36,322 nucleotides of DNA from Bigelowiella natans CCMP2755 (Eukaryota > Protista > Cercozoa), in contig ADNK01001598.1 in NCBI GenBank assembly GCA_000320545.1, forward strand, positions 1-36,322, given 5' to 3'. The first letter of the stretch is position 1, and every line of letters starts with the position of its first letter. The notes below the pieces were generated by a model that was not told the DNA's origin, searched no databases, and worked only from the letters and a program-made list of their open reading frames with translations. A program made the translations under genes and the position numbers. Of this stretch, positions 33,987 through 36,322 are shown in pieces.

Positions 33987-34806
33987 TGGAGGTCTTCTCC
34001 TGAAATCATGAAAGGGGATTCTCTTCCCGCCCCTTGCCCAAAATCAAGGCACGATGCAAATGTGATGCTGTGGCTGACGATGCAAGTCAATGTGTGCACA
34101 AAAGTGAAAACCTCTGCATTTATATGAATGATCGACAGCAAGGATCAGCAGGACATGCACGCACAACAGACACAGCAGTGATGTGATCACACGCACATCG
34201 ATCACACGTGCACTTTCCGGATGTGCGTGTGCAAAGCACAAAACACGATCGACAGCCACCAGCTCCTGCGCTGAGCAGGAGTGCGAAAATCCAAATTTTA
34301 ATGGCAAAGCGATGATGTGAATGCGATGTGCAAACTGCATGTTTGAATTGCAACAAAGTGCAATTGTTGCCATGCGACTTTTTGTGGACACTTGCTGTTC
34401 TGATGCTTGCACATTGTCGTGCTGCGCATGTCGCCTAGGCGCAGTAATTGGATTGCATCAGTCCTCATTGCAGCATCTATACATCATGCGCGAGCATGTT
34501 TGACATGTGCGTGAGTTTCACAGCAACCCAGGATTTCAGTGGCGCGCATTGGAACCATGACAGAAGCTACAGCACTGCCAACAACGGCGGCTGTCAAAAT
34601 GCATTCCAAATTGCTTAGCCAATCATTAAACTTATTTTGCAGAAATCAATCAACGGCTTTAACAATAAAATAGCAGCACAGCCAGGTCGAATTGTAGGCA
34701 CATATTATTTATTAAATCAACATACAAATGTGTATCGCTTAAACCGATAGTTGCAATTAAATGCAACCTACGGGTTGAAAAACAATAGTTATTATCGCGG
34801 GTAAAT

Positions 34807-36107
34807 CTATTTTCTTCTTGTTTTCTTAAATATTGTTTTAAGGAATTTTCCTTGCATGCGGATTAATTCTTCTCCTGATGAAATAGAACGACAATCAGAA
34901 AACTCCAAATTATAAGCAATTTTCAATAATTTTGTGGCTGCTACCTCATCTCGTGTCCAAATTCTGCATGTATTGTCTTTCGATCTGTACATTAACAGGT
35001 ACTCCACGTGAGTTATGGTGGGAGTCGAAACTCTCAAAACTAATTATAAAATTGAATTATGGAATAAGTGAAGTTTATGTTCTGCGTTGTAGCTGTAACA
35101 ATTGGGCGTGGGGCCAGCACGAAGAACAGCGGTGTATTCAATTAATTAGAAATAGAAATAGATATCGAATTTGTTAAATTTTGTGTACTAGCAATGTGCA
35201 ATCAGGGAGCATAAATAAATACCCGGTAATGATTGTGCTACCATCGTAGTTAAATGCACAACTAAAGATCTCATCAGTATGTCCCTGAAAAACTAGAATG
35301 AGATATCGACTCGACGGTAAACAACACGCAAATCTTCGCCATCATCAACTACCGTGAGGACATTGAGGCATTTTCCAGTTTCCACCTCCCACACACGAAC
35401 CTAACATTTAGAAATTCAACCATTCTCGTCCATTAGCATGCAAATTATGTTCTCATTTGTATTACCGTTTTGTCACTAGAAGCTGTGATCAGCAGTGTGC
35501 CTTGTGGATTGAACGATACTTTGGAGATTTCACCATCGTGACCCGCCAGACAATGCTATTATCACCAAATAGATCATATTAGTATTTATATCGAACATTG
35601 TTTGCTAAAACTGTAGAAGCTGGCAAGTATTTTGGCCATGTCCAGGTTTTTAAAAGGGATTTCTTCTTCTTTTTTTGCAATTTGTATGTCACCAAAAAAT
35701 GGGCCGAGTTTAAGCTTCGGCCATAAAAAACTGGATTAGGCAAAACCCAATCGGGAATTTCTGTGTCGGCTCTAAATTTTGAAAACTATTACCTTTTGCT
35801 GTCCTGTCATCGTCGAAAAGATCCGCGTTGTGCCGTCTGCGCTACCGGACGCAATTAAGGAGCCAGTCGAGTTGAAACACACGTCGAGGATTTCGTCCTC
35901 ATGCCCCTCTAGTGTATTCACGCACTTGCCTGGAATTGGACATGTTCTCATGGTCAATTCCACAAATTCAGCATATCGAAATTACGTATGTAGCATGTGA
36001 GTGCATCAGCTACCTGTCGGAACATCCCAGATCTTGACCGTGCTATCAATACTGCCCGACACCACCAGATCTCCAGCGAAATTGAATTGGGTTGATGATA
36101 TTTCGCC
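34807..36107 (-). CDS. DAW1: Dynein assembly factor with WD repeats (DAW1/WDR69/ODA16-like), 3' part; spliced
   Basis: GT-AG exons 36107-36014, 35929-35793, 35555-35466, 35400-35353, 35284-35223 and from 34984 give [13 protein letters not shown]...[15 protein letters not shown]...[15 protein letters not shown]...[30 protein letters not shown], the characteristic DAW1 C-terminus. The exact stop is uncertain and the 5' part is outside the window. Confidence 0.9.
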
Positions 36108-36132
36108 CTTTTATAAAACCAGTCAAATTTAT

Positions 36133-36305
<173 letters not shown>

Positions 36306-36322
36306 CGCGAGCACGTGCATTC

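Noticed and set aside
35629-35750. Imperfect inverted repeats in a DAW1 intron as a MITE
   Set aside because: Match is weak and A/T-run driven; no TSD identified.

Overview
Eukaryotic, intron-rich and microsatellite-rich DNA, most likely from a flagellated protist (organism not identifiable from the sequence). Left to right: the 3' end of a C-terminal-motor kinesin (+), an ADF/cofilin-like gene (-), a small two-exon hypothetical gene (-), a Ty3/Gypsy LTR retrotransposon (copy 1, 4927-10345, -) lacking its RT catalytic core through an in-frame deletion, a roughly 16.5-kb multi-exon gene (-) for a giant surface protein (signal peptide, EGF-like, glycoside-hydrolase-like propeller, about 400 G/S-P-T-T-x repeats, REJ, polycystin-like membrane region), an intact copy 2 of the same retrotransposon (28271-33986, -), and the 3' part of a DAW1/WDR69-like WD40 gene (-). 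Two signals stand out. (1) There are kilobase patches from which TpA has been almost erased, with survivors mostly in CTA/TAG/CTAG context. This looks like a localized A-to-G (TpA to TpG/CpA) hypermutation process, the mirror image of fungal RIP, and both retrotransposons sit inside such patches. (2) The Gypsy integrase ends, where chromoviruses carry a chromodomain, in a domain resembling a degenerate DIRS/Dam-type N6-adenine methyltransferase. All counts and domain assignments were made by eye and need computational confirmation.
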